A stretch of DNA of 27,207 nucleotides. Source: a virus (lineage: Duplodnaviria; Heunggongvirae; Uroviricota; Caudoviricetes). The position numbers were made by a program, and so were the translations under genes. Numbering within the stretch: position 1 is the first letter of the stretch; every line of letters begins with the position of its first letter. The DNA is taken from the IMG/VR virus record IMGVR_UViG_2619619134_000016, one strand, 5' to 3'. Positions 18,168-27,207 of this stretch are shown here, in pieces. The notes beneath the pieces were generated by a model. It worked only from the letters and a program-made list of their open reading frames with translations, ran no database searches and was not told where the DNA came from.

Positions 18168-18713
18168 ATGGAAGTCAACAAAAAGCAGCTGGCTGACATT
18201 TTCGGTGCGAGTATCCGTACCATTCAGAACTGGCAGGAACAGGGAATGCCCGTTCTGCGAGGCGGTGGCAAGGGTAATGAGGTGCTTTATGACTCTGCCG
18301 CCGTTATAAGATGGTATGCCGAAAGGGATGCTGAAATTGAGAACGAAAAGCTGCGCCGGGAAGTTGAAGAACTGCGGCAGGCCAGCGAGGCAGATCTCCA
18401 GCCAGGGACTATTGAGTACGAACGCCATCGACTTACGCGTGCGCAGGCCGACGCACAGGAACTGAAGAATGCCAGAGACTCCGCTGAAGTGGTGGAAACC
18501 GCATTCTGTACTTTCGTGCTGTCGCGGATCGCAGGTGAAATTGCCAGTATTCTCGACGGGATCCCCCTGTCGGTGCAGCGGCGTTTTCCGGAACTGGAAA
18601 ACCGACATGTTGATTTCCTGAAACGGGATATCATCAAAGCCATGAACAAAGCAGCCGCGCTGGATGAACTGATACCGGGGTTGCTGAGTGAATATATCGA
18701 ACAGTCAGGTTAA
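18168..18713 (+). CDS. nohQ: Terminase small subunit Nu1, 181 aa
   Basis: MEVNKKQLADIFGASIRTIQNWQEQGMPVLRGGGKGNEVLYDSAAVIRWYAERDAEIEN... matches lambda Nu1 as I recall it; overlaps the start of gene A as in lambda. Confidence 0.85.
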   Translation: MEVNKKQLADIFGASIRTIQNWQEQGMPVLRGGGKGNEVLYDSAAVIRWYAERDAEIENEKLRREVEELRQASEADLQPGTIEYERHRLTRAQADAQELKNARDSAEVVETAFCTFVLSRIAGEIASILDGIPLSVQRRFPELENRHVDFLKRDIIKAMNKAAALDELIPGLLSEYIEQSG

Positions 18714-20394
18714 CAGGCTGCGGCATTTTGTCCGCGCCGGGCTTCGCTCACTGTTCCGGCCGGAGCCACAGACCGCCGTTGAATGGGCGGATGCCAATTA
18801 CTATCTCCCGAAAGAATCCGCATACCAGGAAGGGCGCTGGGAAACACTGCCCTTTCAGCGGGCCATCATGAATGCGATGGGCAGTGACTACGTCCGCGAG
18901 GTGAATGTGGTGAAGTCTGCCCGTGTTGGTTATTCCAAAATGCTGCTGGGTGTTTATGCCTACTTCATAGAGCATAAGCAGCGCAACACCCTTATCTGGT
19001 TGCCGACGGATGGTGATGCCGAGAACTTTATGAAAACCCACGTTGAGCCGACCATCCGCGATATTCCGTCGCTGCTGGCGCTGGCTCCGTGGTATGGCAA
19101 AAAGCACCGGGATAACACGCTCACCATGAAGCGTTTTTCCAATGGTCGTGGCTTCTGGTGCCTGGGCGGTAAAGCGGCAAAAAACTACCGTGAAAAGTCG
19201 GTGGATGTGGCGGGTTATGATGAACTTGCTGCCTTTGATGAGGATATTGAACAGGAAGGCTCTCCGACGTTCCTGGGCGATAAGCGTATTGAAGGCTCGG
19301 TCTGGCCAAAGTCCATCCGTGGCTCCACGCCCAAAGTGAGAGGCACCTGTCAGATTGAGCGTGCAGCCAGTGAATCCCCGCATTTTATGCGTTTTCATGT
19401 TGCCTGCCCGCACTGCGGGGAGGAGCAGTACCTTAAATTTGGCGATAAAGAGACGCCGTTTGGCCTCAAATGGACGCCGGATGACCCCTCCAGCGTGTTT
19501 TATCTCTGCGAACATAACGCCTGCGTCATCCGTCAGCAGGAGCTGGACTTCACTGATGCCCGTTATATCTGCGAAAAGACCGGGATCTGGACCCGTGATG
19601 GCATTCTCTGGTTTTCGTCATCCGGTGAAGAGATTGAACCGCCTGACAGCGTGACCTTTCACATCTGGACGGCGTACAGCCCGTTCACCACCTGGGTGCA
19701 GATTGTCAAAGACTGGATGAAGACGAAAGGGGATACGGGAAAACGTAAAACCTTCGTGAACACCACGCTCGGTGAGACGTGGGAGGCGAAAATTGGCGAA
19801 CGTCCGGATGCTGAAGTGATGGCAGAGCGGAAAGAGCATTATTCAGCGCCCGTTCCTGACCGTGTGGCTTACCTGACCGCCGGTATCGACTCCCAGCTGG
19901 ATCGCTACGAAATGCGCGTATGGGGATGGGGGCCGGGTGAGGAAAGCTGGCTGATTGACCGGCAGATTATTATGGGTCGCCACGACGATGAACAGACGCT
20001 GCTGCGTGTGGATGAGGCCATCAATAAAACCTATACCCGCCGGAATGGTGCAGAAATGTCGGTATCCCGTATCTGCTGGGATACTGGCGGGATTGACCCT
20101 ACCATTGTGTATGAACGCTCGAAAAAACATGGGCTGTTCCGGGTGATCCCCATTAAAGGGGCATCCGTCTACGGTAAGCCGGTGGCCAGCATGCCACGTA
20201 AGCGAAACAAAAACGGGGTTTACCTTACCGAAATCGGTACGGATACCGCGAAAGAGCAGATTTATAACCGCTTCACACTGACGCCGGAAGGGGATGAACC
20301 GCTTCCCGGTGCCGTTCACTTCCCGAATAACCCGGACACAGAACACGGCAGCCGCGAAGAAGTCAGCCGGCGATGCCGGCACATCAGCCCGTGA
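18688..20394 (+). pseudogene. Terminase large subunit A, 3'-truncated: about 550 codons of lambda-like gpA, then out-of-frame stf-derived codons to a stop
   Basis: Product matches lambda gpA from MNISNSQVNRLRHFVRAG... to ...[11 protein letters not shown], then diverges into 18 unrelated codons ([18 protein letters not shown]). Intact lambda gpA is about 641 aa. Confidence 0.8.
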
Positions 20395-23326
20395 GGCGGC
20401 AACCCATGCGACTGATGCTGCAGGCTCAGCACGCGCAGCCAGCACGTCAGCCGGACAGGCCGCGTCGTCGGCTCAGTCAGCGTCTTCCAGCGCAGGAACG
20501 GCATCAACAAAGGCCAGTGAAGCATCGAAAAGTGCTGCTGCTGCAGAGTCCTCAAAAAGCGCGGCAGCTACCAGTGCCAGTGCCGCGAAAACGTCAGAAA
20601 CGAATGCCGCAGCGTCACAACAATCAGCAGCCACTTCTGCATCCACCGCGACCACGAAAGCGTCAGAAGCTGCCACCTCAGCCCGGGATGCGGCGGCCTC
20701 AAAAGAGGCAGCGAAATCATCAGAAACGAACGCATCCTCGAGCGCCAGTAGCGCAACTTCCTCGGCAACGGCGGCAGGAAATTCCGCGAAGGCGGCAAAA
20801 ACGTCCGAGACGAACGCCAGGTCTTCTGAGACGGCAGTGGGACAGAGCGCCTCAGCTGCGGCAGGCTCAAAAACAGCGGCTGCATCATCTGCCAGCGCCG
20901 CGTCAACAAGTGCCGGGCAGGCCTCAGCCAGTGCCACCGCCGCCGGAAAATCGGCAGAAAGCGCCGCATCATCCGCTTCAACAGCCACAACGAAGGCTGG
21001 CGAAGCCACTGAACAGGCCAGCGCAGCAGCGAGTTCTGCTTCCGCAGCGAAGACATCCGAAACGAACGCGAAAGCGTCGGAAACCAGCGCAGAATCCTCA
21101 AAAACGGCTGCCGCATCGTCAGCCAGTTCGGCGGCGTCATCGGCATCATCGGCGTCTGCTTCAAAAGATGAGGCGACCAGACAGGCGTCAGCAGCGAAGG
21201 GCAGCGCCACGACAGCATCCACGAAGGCGACAGAGGCAGCTGGCAGTGCGACGGCGGCAGCACAGAGCAAAAGTACGGCGGAATCCGCGGCAACACGCGC
21301 CGAGACAGCGGCAAAACGGGCAGAGGATATTGCATCCGCCGTGGCGCTTGAGGATGCGAGCACGACGAAAAAGGGGATAGTACAGCTCAGCAGTGCGACT
21401 AACAGTACGTCTGAAACGCTGGCGGCAACGCCAAAGGCAGTAAAATCAGCCTATGACAATGCAGAGAAACGTCTGCAGAAAGACCAGAACGGCGCTGATA
21501 TACCCGATAAGGGACGCTTCCTGAACAACATTAACGCGGTCAGTAAAACAGACTTTGCTGATAAGCGTGGTATGCGTTATGTGCGGGTTAACGCTCCTGC
21601 AGGTGCAACATCTGGAAAATATTACCCTGTTGTTGTTATGCGTTCTGCTGGCTCAGTAAGCGAACTGGCATCAAGGGTCATTATCACCACGGCAACGCGA
21701 ACCGCAGGCGATCCGATGAATAACTGCGAGTTTAACGGATTTGTTATGCCTGGTGGCTGGACTGACAGGGGGCGTTATGCTTATGGAATGTTCTGGCAAT
21801 ATCAAAACAATGAACGAGCCATCCACTCAATAATGATGAGTAATAAGGGCGATGATTTGCGCTCTGTGTTCTATGTTGATGGCGCTGCTTTCCCTGTTTT
21901 TGCGTTTATCGAAGATGGCCTGTCAATATCCGCACCTGGTGCTGATCTCGTTGTTAATGATACGACCTATAAGTTTGGGGCAACAAATCCAGCGACTGAA
22001 TGTATCGCGGCGGACGTTATCCTTGATTTTAAGAGTGGGCGTGGTTTTTATGAGTCTCATTCGTTAATCGTTAACGATAATTTGTCGTGCAAAAAACTTT
22101 TTGCCACAGACGAAATTGTAGCGCGTGGTGGTAATCAGATTCGAATGATAGGTGGGGAGTATGGTGCATTATGGCGTAATGATGGCGCTAAAACTTACCT
22201 GCTGCTTACCAATCAAGGTGATGTTTATGGTGGCTGGAATACATTAAGACCGTTTGCTATTGATAACGCAACCGGCGAACTGGTTATTGGAACCAAACTG
22301 TCCGCAAGTCTGAACGGTAATGCATTAACAGCAACAAAGCTGCAAACGCCAAGACTGGTTTCTGGTGTTGAGTTTGATGGTTCCAGAGATATTACTTTAA
22401 CCGCCGCGCATGTGGCTGCTTTTGCCAGAAGGGCAACGGATACATATGCCGATGCGGATGGTGGCGTTCCCTGGAATGCCGAATCAGGTGCTTACAATGT
22501 CACCCGCTCTGGCGACAGCTATATTCTGGTTAACTTCTATACCGGAGTCGGAAGTTGCCGGACCCTGCAGATGAAGGCGCATTACAGAAATGGTGGTCTG
22601 TTCTACCGTTCTTCAAGAGACGGTTATGGTTTTGAGGAAGACTGGGCAGAAGTTTATACCTCGAAAAATCTTCCACCAGAAAGCTACCCAGTCGGCGCAC
22701 CAATCCCGTGGCCATCAGATACCGTTCCGTCTGGTTATGCCCTGATGCAGGGGCAGACTTTTGACAAATCTGCTTACCCGAAACTTGCAGCCGCTTATCC
22801 GTCAGGCGTGATCCCTGATATGCGTGGCTGGACGATTAAGGGCAAACCTGCCAGTGGTCGGGCCGTATTGTCTCAGGAACAGGACGGCATTAAATCGCAT
22901 ACCCACAGCGCCAGCGCATCCAGTACGGATTTGGGGACGAAAACCACATCGTCGTTTGATTACGGCACTAAATCCACGAATAACACCGGGGCGCATACCC
23001 ATAGTGTTAGCGGTACGGCTGCTTCAGCCGGTGCACATACCCATTCGATGACATTTGTTTCAGGTGGTTCCAGTGGTGCTCCGGGAAGTGGAGCATCTGA
23101 TTATTCTAAATACAGTGTTAACACTTCTTCTGCAGGCGCTCATACGCACTCTGTATCGGGTACTGCTGCAAGCGCAGGTGCACACGCACATACTGTGGGT
23201 ATTGGTGCTCATACGCACTCCGTTGCGATTGGTTCACATGGACACACCATCACCGTTAACGCTGCTGGTAACGCGGAAAACACCGTCAAAAACATCGCAT
23301 TTAACTATATTGTGAGGCTTGCATAA
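20294..23326 (+). CDS. stfQ: Side tail fibre Stf, 5'-truncated remnant; 1010-aa open frame whose first ~14 codons are out-of-frame terminase sequence
   Basis: From about codon 15 the product matches the lambda Stf pattern (Ala/Ser/Thr-rich repeats ...AAKTSETNA..., then ...[36 protein letters not shown]..., and a C-terminal His-rich GAHTHS/GAHAHT repeat tip ending [11 protein letters not shown]). Whether the fortuitous ATG at 20294 is used is unknown. Confidence 0.75.
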   Translation: MNRFPVPFTSRITRTQNTAAAKKSAGDAGTSAREAATHATDAAGSARAASTSAGQAASSAQSASSSAGTASTKASEASKSAAAAESSKSAAATSASAAKTSETNAAASQQSAATSASTATTKASEAATSARDAAASKEAAKSSETNASSSASSATSSATAAGNSAKAAKTSETNARSSETAVGQSASAAAGSKTAAASSASAASTSAGQASASATAAGKSAESAASSASTATTKAGEATEQASAAASSASAAKTSETNAKASETSAESSKTAAASSASSAASSASSASASKDEATRQASAAKGSATTASTKATEAAGSATAAAQSKSTAESAATRAETAAKRAEDIASAVALEDASTTKKGIVQLSSATNSTSETLAATPKAVKSAYDNAEKRLQKDQNGADIPDKGRFLNNINAVSKTDFADKRGMRYVRVNAPAGATSGKYYPVVVMRSAGSVSELASRVIITTATRTAGDPMNNCEFNGFVMPGGWTDRGRYAYGMFWQYQNNERAIHSIMMSNKGDDLRSVFYVDGAAFPVFAFIEDGLSISAPGADLVVNDTTYKFGATNPATECIAADVILDFKSGRGFYESHSLIVNDNLSCKKLFATDEIVARGGNQIRMIGGEYGALWRNDGAKTYLLLTNQGDVYGGWNTLRPFAIDNATGELVIGTKLSASLNGNALTATKLQTPRLVSGVEFDGSRDITLTAAHVAAFARRATDTYADADGGVPWNAESGAYNVTRSGDSYILVNFYTGVGSCRTLQMKAHYRNGGLFYRSSRDGYGFEEDWAEVYTSKNLPPESYPVGAPIPWPSDTVPSGYALMQGQTFDKSAYPKLAAAYPSGVIPDMRGWTIKGKPASGRAVLSQEQDGIKSHTHSASASSTDLGTKTTSSFDYGTKSTNNTGAHTHSVSGTAASAGAHTHSMTFVSGGSSGAPGSGASDYSKYSVNTSSAGAHTHSVSGTAASAGAHAHTVGIGAHTHSVAIGSHGHTITVNAAGNAENTVKNIAFNYIVRLA

Positions 23327-23901
23327 TGGTATTCAGAATGAGTGAACAACCACGGACCATAACAATTTATAATCTGCTGGCCGGAACTAATGAATTTATT
23401 GGTGAAGGTGATGCATATATTCCGCCTCATACAGGTCTGCCAGCAAACAGTACCGATATTGCACCGCCAGATATTCCGGCAGGCTTCGTGGCTGTTTTCA
23501 ACAGTGATGAGGCATCGTGGCATCTCGTTGAAGATCATCGGGGTAAAACGGTTTATGACGTGGCTTCCGGCGACGCGTTATTTATTTCTGAACTCGGTCC
23601 GTTACCGGAAAATGTTACCTGGTTATCGCCGGAAGGGGAGTTTCAGAAGTGGAACGGTACAGTCTGGGTGAAGGATACGGAAGCAGAAAAACTGTTCCGG
23701 ATCCGGGAGGCGGAAGAAACAAAAAACAGCCTGATGCAGGTAGCCAGTGAGCATATAGCGCCACTTCAGGATGCTGTAGATCTGGAAATCGCAACGGAGG
23801 AAGAAACCTCATTGCTGGAAGCCTGGAAAAAGTATCGGGTGTTGCTGAACCGTGTTGATACATCAACTGCACAGGATATTGAATGGCCAGCACTGCCGTA
23901 G
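23326..23901 (+). CDS. tfaQ: Tail fibre assembly protein Tfa, 191 aa
   Basis: Start overlaps the stf stop (TAATG); 191 aa; follows stf as in lambda and Qin. Confidence 0.8.
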   Translation: MVFRMSEQPRTITIYNLLAGTNEFIGEGDAYIPPHTGLPANSTDIAPPDIPAGFVAVFNSDEASWHLVEDHRGKTVYDVASGDALFISELGPLPENVTWLSPEGEFQKWNGTVWVKDTEAEKLFRIREAEETKNSLMQVASEHIAPLQDAVDLEIATEEETSLLEAWKKYRVLLNRVDTSTAQDIEWPALP

Positions 23902-23998
23902 GGTAAAACATATAAATTCTATAATTAGATGTATCTTTCCATTTACGGCAAGGAAGGGGGCTTGGAAGACGTAAAGCATCTCACACCGAGATTATTTT

Positions 23999-24589
23999 TT
24001 ATATGTCAGGTGTCTGAAGTTTTGCTTTGGCTCTTAAAATGGTTTGCCGCGAGGTTTTGAATTCCCGGGCAATGGCACTTATACTTACACCTGACTTAAT
24101 TCGTTCGAATACCACCTGTTTCTGTTCTTCATTTAACACAGGTGGTCGACCAAAACGTTTCCCTGCGCCGCGGGCTCTTACTATCCCGGAATGAGTGCGT
24201 TCAAGTAAAAGGTCTCGTTCAAATTCAGCGACTGCTGAAATTACGTGCATCATCATTTTTCCTGTTGGACTGGTCAGGTCAATGCCCCCCAATGCTAAGC
24301 AATGCACTCTGATACCTGTTTCGGTCAGTTGTTCCACTGTTTTCCTGATATCCATTGCATTACAACCAAGGCGATCCAGTTTTGTCACAATCAATTGATC
24401 ACCACATTTCAGGCGAGCAAGCAACCGGTTAAAACCAGGACGCTCACTGGTTGCTGCTGAGCCACTAATGTGTTCTTCGATTATTTGCTGAGGTTTGATT
24501 TTAAAACCTGCACTTTCGATTTCCCGGCGTTGATTTTCGGTGGTCTGATCCAGCGTTGATATCCGACAGTAAGCAAAAATTTGAGACAT
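23999..24589 (-). CDS. pinQ: Serine site-specific DNA invertase (Pin/Hin/Gin family), 196 aa
   Basis: N-terminal catalytic motif (YCRISTLDQ), resolvase/invertase core and C-terminal HTH; 196 aa; next to tfa. Confidence 0.85.
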   Translation of the reverse strand: MSQIFAYCRISTLDQTTENQRREIESAGFKIKPQQIIEEHISGSAATSERPGFNRLLARLKCGDQLIVTKLDRLGCNAMDIRKTVEQLTETGIRVHCLALGGIDLTSPTGKMMMHVISAVAEFERDLLLERTHSGIVRARGAGKRFGRPPVLNEEQKQVVFERIKSGVSISAIAREFKTSRQTILRAKAKLQTPDI

Positions 24590-24905
24590 AGTGAGACTCT
24601 ATACGAAATTGGTGTTCATATCATAATGCATCTCAGAAAATAATTATGATTATTTTTGTGCATATTTGTATGTACACGTTCGAAAATAAACGAATGCGTA
24701 TGCAACCCCGTAATTTTGGTGAGACCCAAAATCGATTTTGTGAAAAATGGCTTTAACTCGGTTTGTTTTTCGAGTTCCGGGCGGACTCAAGGAAGAAGAA
24801 TAGTGTTGCGTGTTATTTTAACCAGATTTCAAGTTGTTTGGTCGTGGAAAAGTGGAGCAAAATGTTGTTAAAGTGGAAAAATGATAAAAAAGTAAGTTTA
24901 TTATA

Positions 24906-25139
24906 TTACATTTTACCATTTAAATTTTGGTTGTCTTTAAGAACTGATATCGCTGTTTGTAATAATTCTTTGTTATCCAGCCATGATTTTTTCTTTATGT
25001 TTCCTTCAATGTAATCAAGCAATGTTCTGGTATTGATAGGTCTTCCCTGTTTTGCTACTTCCACTACAGCATCCCCTAGGATAATTCTTACTTCAGGAAG
25101 CTGCGCAGGGAACCACTTTAGGGTGTCTTTTGATTTCAT
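24906..25139 (-). CDS. ydfK: YdfK-like small protein, 77 aa from internal ATG 25139
   Basis: Track ORF is 88 aa; the second ATG gives 77 aa, the size I recall for YdfK; last prophage gene before the host junction. Confidence 0.55.
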   Translation of the reverse strand: MKSKDTLKWFPAQLPEVRIILGDAVVEVAKQGRPINTRTLLDYIEGNIKKKSWLDNKELLQTAISVLKDNQNLNGKM

Positions 25140-25923
25140 GAAGATATTCCTTAAAATATTATTGATTTTCATTGCGATATTGTATGTCTGATTCAGGATA
25201 TGTTGACTTATACATCGGTTTTGCCTGGGTTATTGGATATGCCAATCCCTAATTTTATTAGGGCATGACTAAAAATGCTGAATATGATAAGGAGAGATGT
25301 GATTATCAGTATGCTGTTCATATAACCTCGAATTAGTAATGTGTTATATATGATATAGTTGACAATTTTTATCTTGGGTGTTCTTAAAGTTCGTAGATAA
25401 ACATTGTCGTTTCAGGTATACAGGAATGCTAACAGGTGGCAGCAAAAATCAGGCGGTTTATGGCGCAAGCTGAAGCGGCAACTGCAAACTATCTTATGCA
25501 GAGACTCTACACGGATTGGGTTTAAAAGTATACATAGATAACAGTTTTTATCTGAAGAAGAAAAATATCAAGGTGATATAGCCTATATGCCTATGATGCG
25601 GAGGAATGAATGTGATGGGAGTGATGTATCTGAATAGTTGAAAAACCGCAGTCACGTCGTATGCAAGAACGTGCTGCGGTTGGCTGGTAAATTTTTCGAT
25701 AGTGCGAGTATTGAATGATTTCCAGCCGTTATTGATTTTACGCGTAAATCCATGAAAAAACTACTTATCTGTTGGGGAGTTTTTTGGGGCATATATGGGA
25801 CAGAAATAGGCCCCAGATAGACACTGAGATCGAACTTAGGATGCTTTTAAAAAAATGCAACTATCTGAAAAAACCTAGAAAACGCCAAGGAAACCACAGG
25901 ATGGGAAAAAACACCTGTGAATT

Positions 25924-27207
25924 ATGGATTTCCAGTTATATTCGCTCGGCGCAGCGTTAGTGTTTCATGAAATATTTTTTCCTGAATCATCAACGGCAAT
26001 GGCGTTAATTTTGGCAATGGGAACCTACGGTGCAGGTTATGTGGCGCGTATTGTCGGAGCATTTATTTTCGGCAAAATGGGCGACAGAATAGGGCGTAAA
26101 AAAGTGCTCTTTATTACCATCACCATGATGGGGATCTGTACCACCTTAATTGGTGTGTTACCGACCTATGCACAGATTGGTGTTTTTGCCCCCATCTTGC
26201 TGGTGACGCTGCGTATTATTCAGGGATTGGGTGCAGGTGCGGAAATTTCCGGTGCCGGTACGATGCTGGCGGAATATGCGCCAAAAGGTAAGCGCGGAAT
26301 TATCTCCTCATTTGTAGCTATGGGAACTAACTGCGGAACCTTGAGCGCAACGGCAATCTGGGCCTTTATGTTCTTCATTCTCAGTAAAGAGGAACTGCTG
26401 GCGTGGGGATGGCGTATACCGTTCCTGGCGAGCGTTGTCGTGATGGTCTTTGCTATCTGGTTACGTATGAATCTGAAAGAAAGCCCGGTCTTTGAGAAGG
26501 TTAATGACAGTAACCAACCGACAGCAAAACCTGCACCTGCTGGTAGCATGTTCCAGAGCAAATCCTTCTGGCTGGCAACAGGGCTGCGTTTTGGTCAGGC
26601 GGGTAACTCCGGTTTAATTCAGACTTTCCTTGCAGGCTATTTAGTGCAGACGTTATTGTTTAACAAAGCAATTCCAACAGATGCATTGATGATTAGTTCG
26701 ATTCTCGGCTTTATGACCATTCCGTTCCTTGGTTGGTTATCCGATAAAATTGGTCGCCGGATCCCGTATATTATTATGAATACCTCCGCGATTGTGCTGG
26801 CATGGCCAATGCTTTCTATCATCGTAGATAAAAGCTATGCCCCGAGCACCATTATGGTTGCACTGATTGTGATTCATAACTGTGCGGTGCTGGGATTATT
26901 TGCTCTGGAAAACATTACCATGGCAGAAATGTTCGGCTGTAAAAACCGCTTTACCCGGATGGCTATTTCTAAAGAAATTGGTGGTCTTATTGCTTCCGGT
27001 TTTGGTCCTATCCTGGCGGGTATTTTCTGCACCATGACGGAATCCTGGTATCCGATCGCCATTATGATCATGGCATATTCAGTGATTGGTTTAATCTCTG
27101 CGCTGAAAATGCCAGAGGTGAAAGACCGTGATTTAAGTGCGCTGGAAGACGCTGCGGAAGATCAACCGCGTGTTGTAAGAGCTGCGCAACCTTCCAGAAG
27201 TCTGTAA
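25924..27207 (+). pseudogene. ydfJ: MFS transporter, 5'-truncated host gene (ydfJ-like) at the prophage/chromosome junction
   Basis: 427-aa ORF runs to a natural stop at the window end; MFS motif A (GKMGDRIGRKK) sits at residue ~50 instead of ~80-90, and an in-frame TGA lies 2 codons upstream of the first ATG, so roughly 30-40 N-terminal residues are missing. Confidence 0.7.

Noticed and set aside
18748-20445. Minus-strand ORFs inside the terminase A region (255, 200, 73, 62 and 60 aa) and plus-strand 65-aa and 99-aa ORFs
   Set aside because: All are embedded in the gpA-homologous frame and are alternative-frame artefacts.
20373-21380. Long ORFs in several frames and on both strands across 20373..21380 (335-aa plus-strand ORF; 296-aa and 255-aa minus-strand ORFs)
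   Set aside because: They lie in the GC-rich Ala/Ser/Thr repeat region of stf, where low codon diversity keeps every frame open; the stf frame is the one with phage homology.
23900-24000. Possible hix/gix-like crossover site (TTCCATTTACGGCAAGGAA) between tfa and pin
   Set aside because: Only weak resemblance to the invertase crossover-site consensus, and no inverted partner found.

Overview
This window reads as the right-hand ~26 kb of a defective lambdoid prophage of the Qin type from Escherichia coli, ending at its junction with a truncated host MFS transporter gene (ydfJ-like). I did not find a large uncharacterised multi-gene system; the unexplained material is small ORFs and decayed genes. 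Left to right: the dicB operon (dicB 5' end, DicF sRNA, ydfC, ydfB, ydfA, minus strand), the dicA/dicC immunity switch, a replication gene with internal iterons, a decayed region with an interrupted methyltransferase gene, a DDE transposase insertion, flxA and ydfV, the relB-relE-hokD toxin-antitoxin cluster, rem, ydfU, the Q antiterminator, cold-shock morons (cspF, cspB, cspI, gnsB, ydfK) interleaved with a lysis cassette (essQ, ydfR, rrrQ, rzpQ/rzoQ), a lambda-type cos site with Nu1 and a 3'-truncated terminase A fused by deletion to a 5'-truncated side tail fibre gene, then tfa and the Pin invertase. Gene names come from my recollection of E. coli K-12 Qin and phage lambda protein sequences, sizes and gene order; no database search was run. 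No tRNA, rRNA or CRISPR array was seen.
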